This document shows positions 63,570 through 64,000 of a DNA stretch of 64,000 bases, one piece after another (the stretch's first letter is position 1; every line of letters begins with the position of its first letter). The translations under genes were made by a program, and so were the position numbers. The notes below the pieces were generated by a model. That model saw only the letters and a program-made list of their open reading frames with translations, did no database searches and was not told the DNA's origin. Source of the stretch: Octopus bimaculoides (lineage: Eukaryota); NCBI RefSeq assembly GCF_001194135.2, contig NC_068997.1:27675893-27739892 (forward strand). The letters run 5' to 3'.

Positions 63570-63890
63570 ATTCAGCTAAATCAGACTAAACCACATCAAA
63601 CCCAATCAAAGTAGCTCAGACCAGACTAAACAAGTTCAAACCCCAACAAAACCAAATCAAACAATGCCAAACCAAATAAAACCCAACCAAACCAGATCAA
63701 TCCCAACCATACCAGGTCCAGTCAATCAAACCAGCTCAGACCAGATAAATCCAACAAAATCAGATCAATTCCAACCAAAATAGATTAAATCCAACCGAAT
63801 CAGATAGAACCAGAACAAACCCAACCAAGCCAGATCAAATCTAACCAGACCTGATAGAGCAGGATCAAACCCAACCAAACCAGATTAAAG
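63570..63890. repeat. Degenerate pentamer satellite (AAACC / AGATC / AAATC / CAACC)
   Basis: Recurrent caaccaaaccagatcaaatc-like blocks with 5-bp periodicity. Confidence 0.8.
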
Positions 63891-64000
63891 TTAAGAAATC
63901 AACTAAGGGATAGTACCTATTCAATATACTGCTGGTAGTGTACCCAAATATTCATACCCAAGTGCTAGTTACTGCATGGCAATCTCACAATTGAGTGTTA

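Overview
AT-rich, repeat-dense animal genomic DNA from a gapped draft scaffold with many N-runs and microsatellites. The SINE/LINE families look like those of a coleoid cephalopod, probably Octopus; this is an inference. Only one gene is firmly recognisable: an intronless mitochondrial ribosomal protein S10 (MRPS10/uS10m) CDS at 29852-30481 (+). It lies behind a CpG-rich promoter with tandem ETS-type GGAAGTGAC motifs that may be bidirectional. Splice signals suggest a minus-strand partner gene running from about 29.7 kb leftwards, with several apparently non-coding exons and a candidate start codon at 2967. A second, unidentified minus-strand gene is suggested by phase-compatible exons at 61-63 kb. 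The rest is mostly mobile DNA: RTE-clade LINE remnants, an R4/Dong-like RT fragment, a mariner transposase 3' end, a Gypsy integrase remnant, two tRNA-derived SINE families, hAT-like and TA-flanked MITEs, a Helitron-like element, several near-perfect fold-back palindromes, and mini- and microsatellites. I found no clear new multi-gene system. The most interesting signals are the intronless MRPS10 at a shared promoter, the many dsRNA-forming inverted repeats, a telomere-repeat-cored MITE and a possible 91-bp Helitron. Most ORFs in the supplied track are artefacts of microsatellites or N-gaps.
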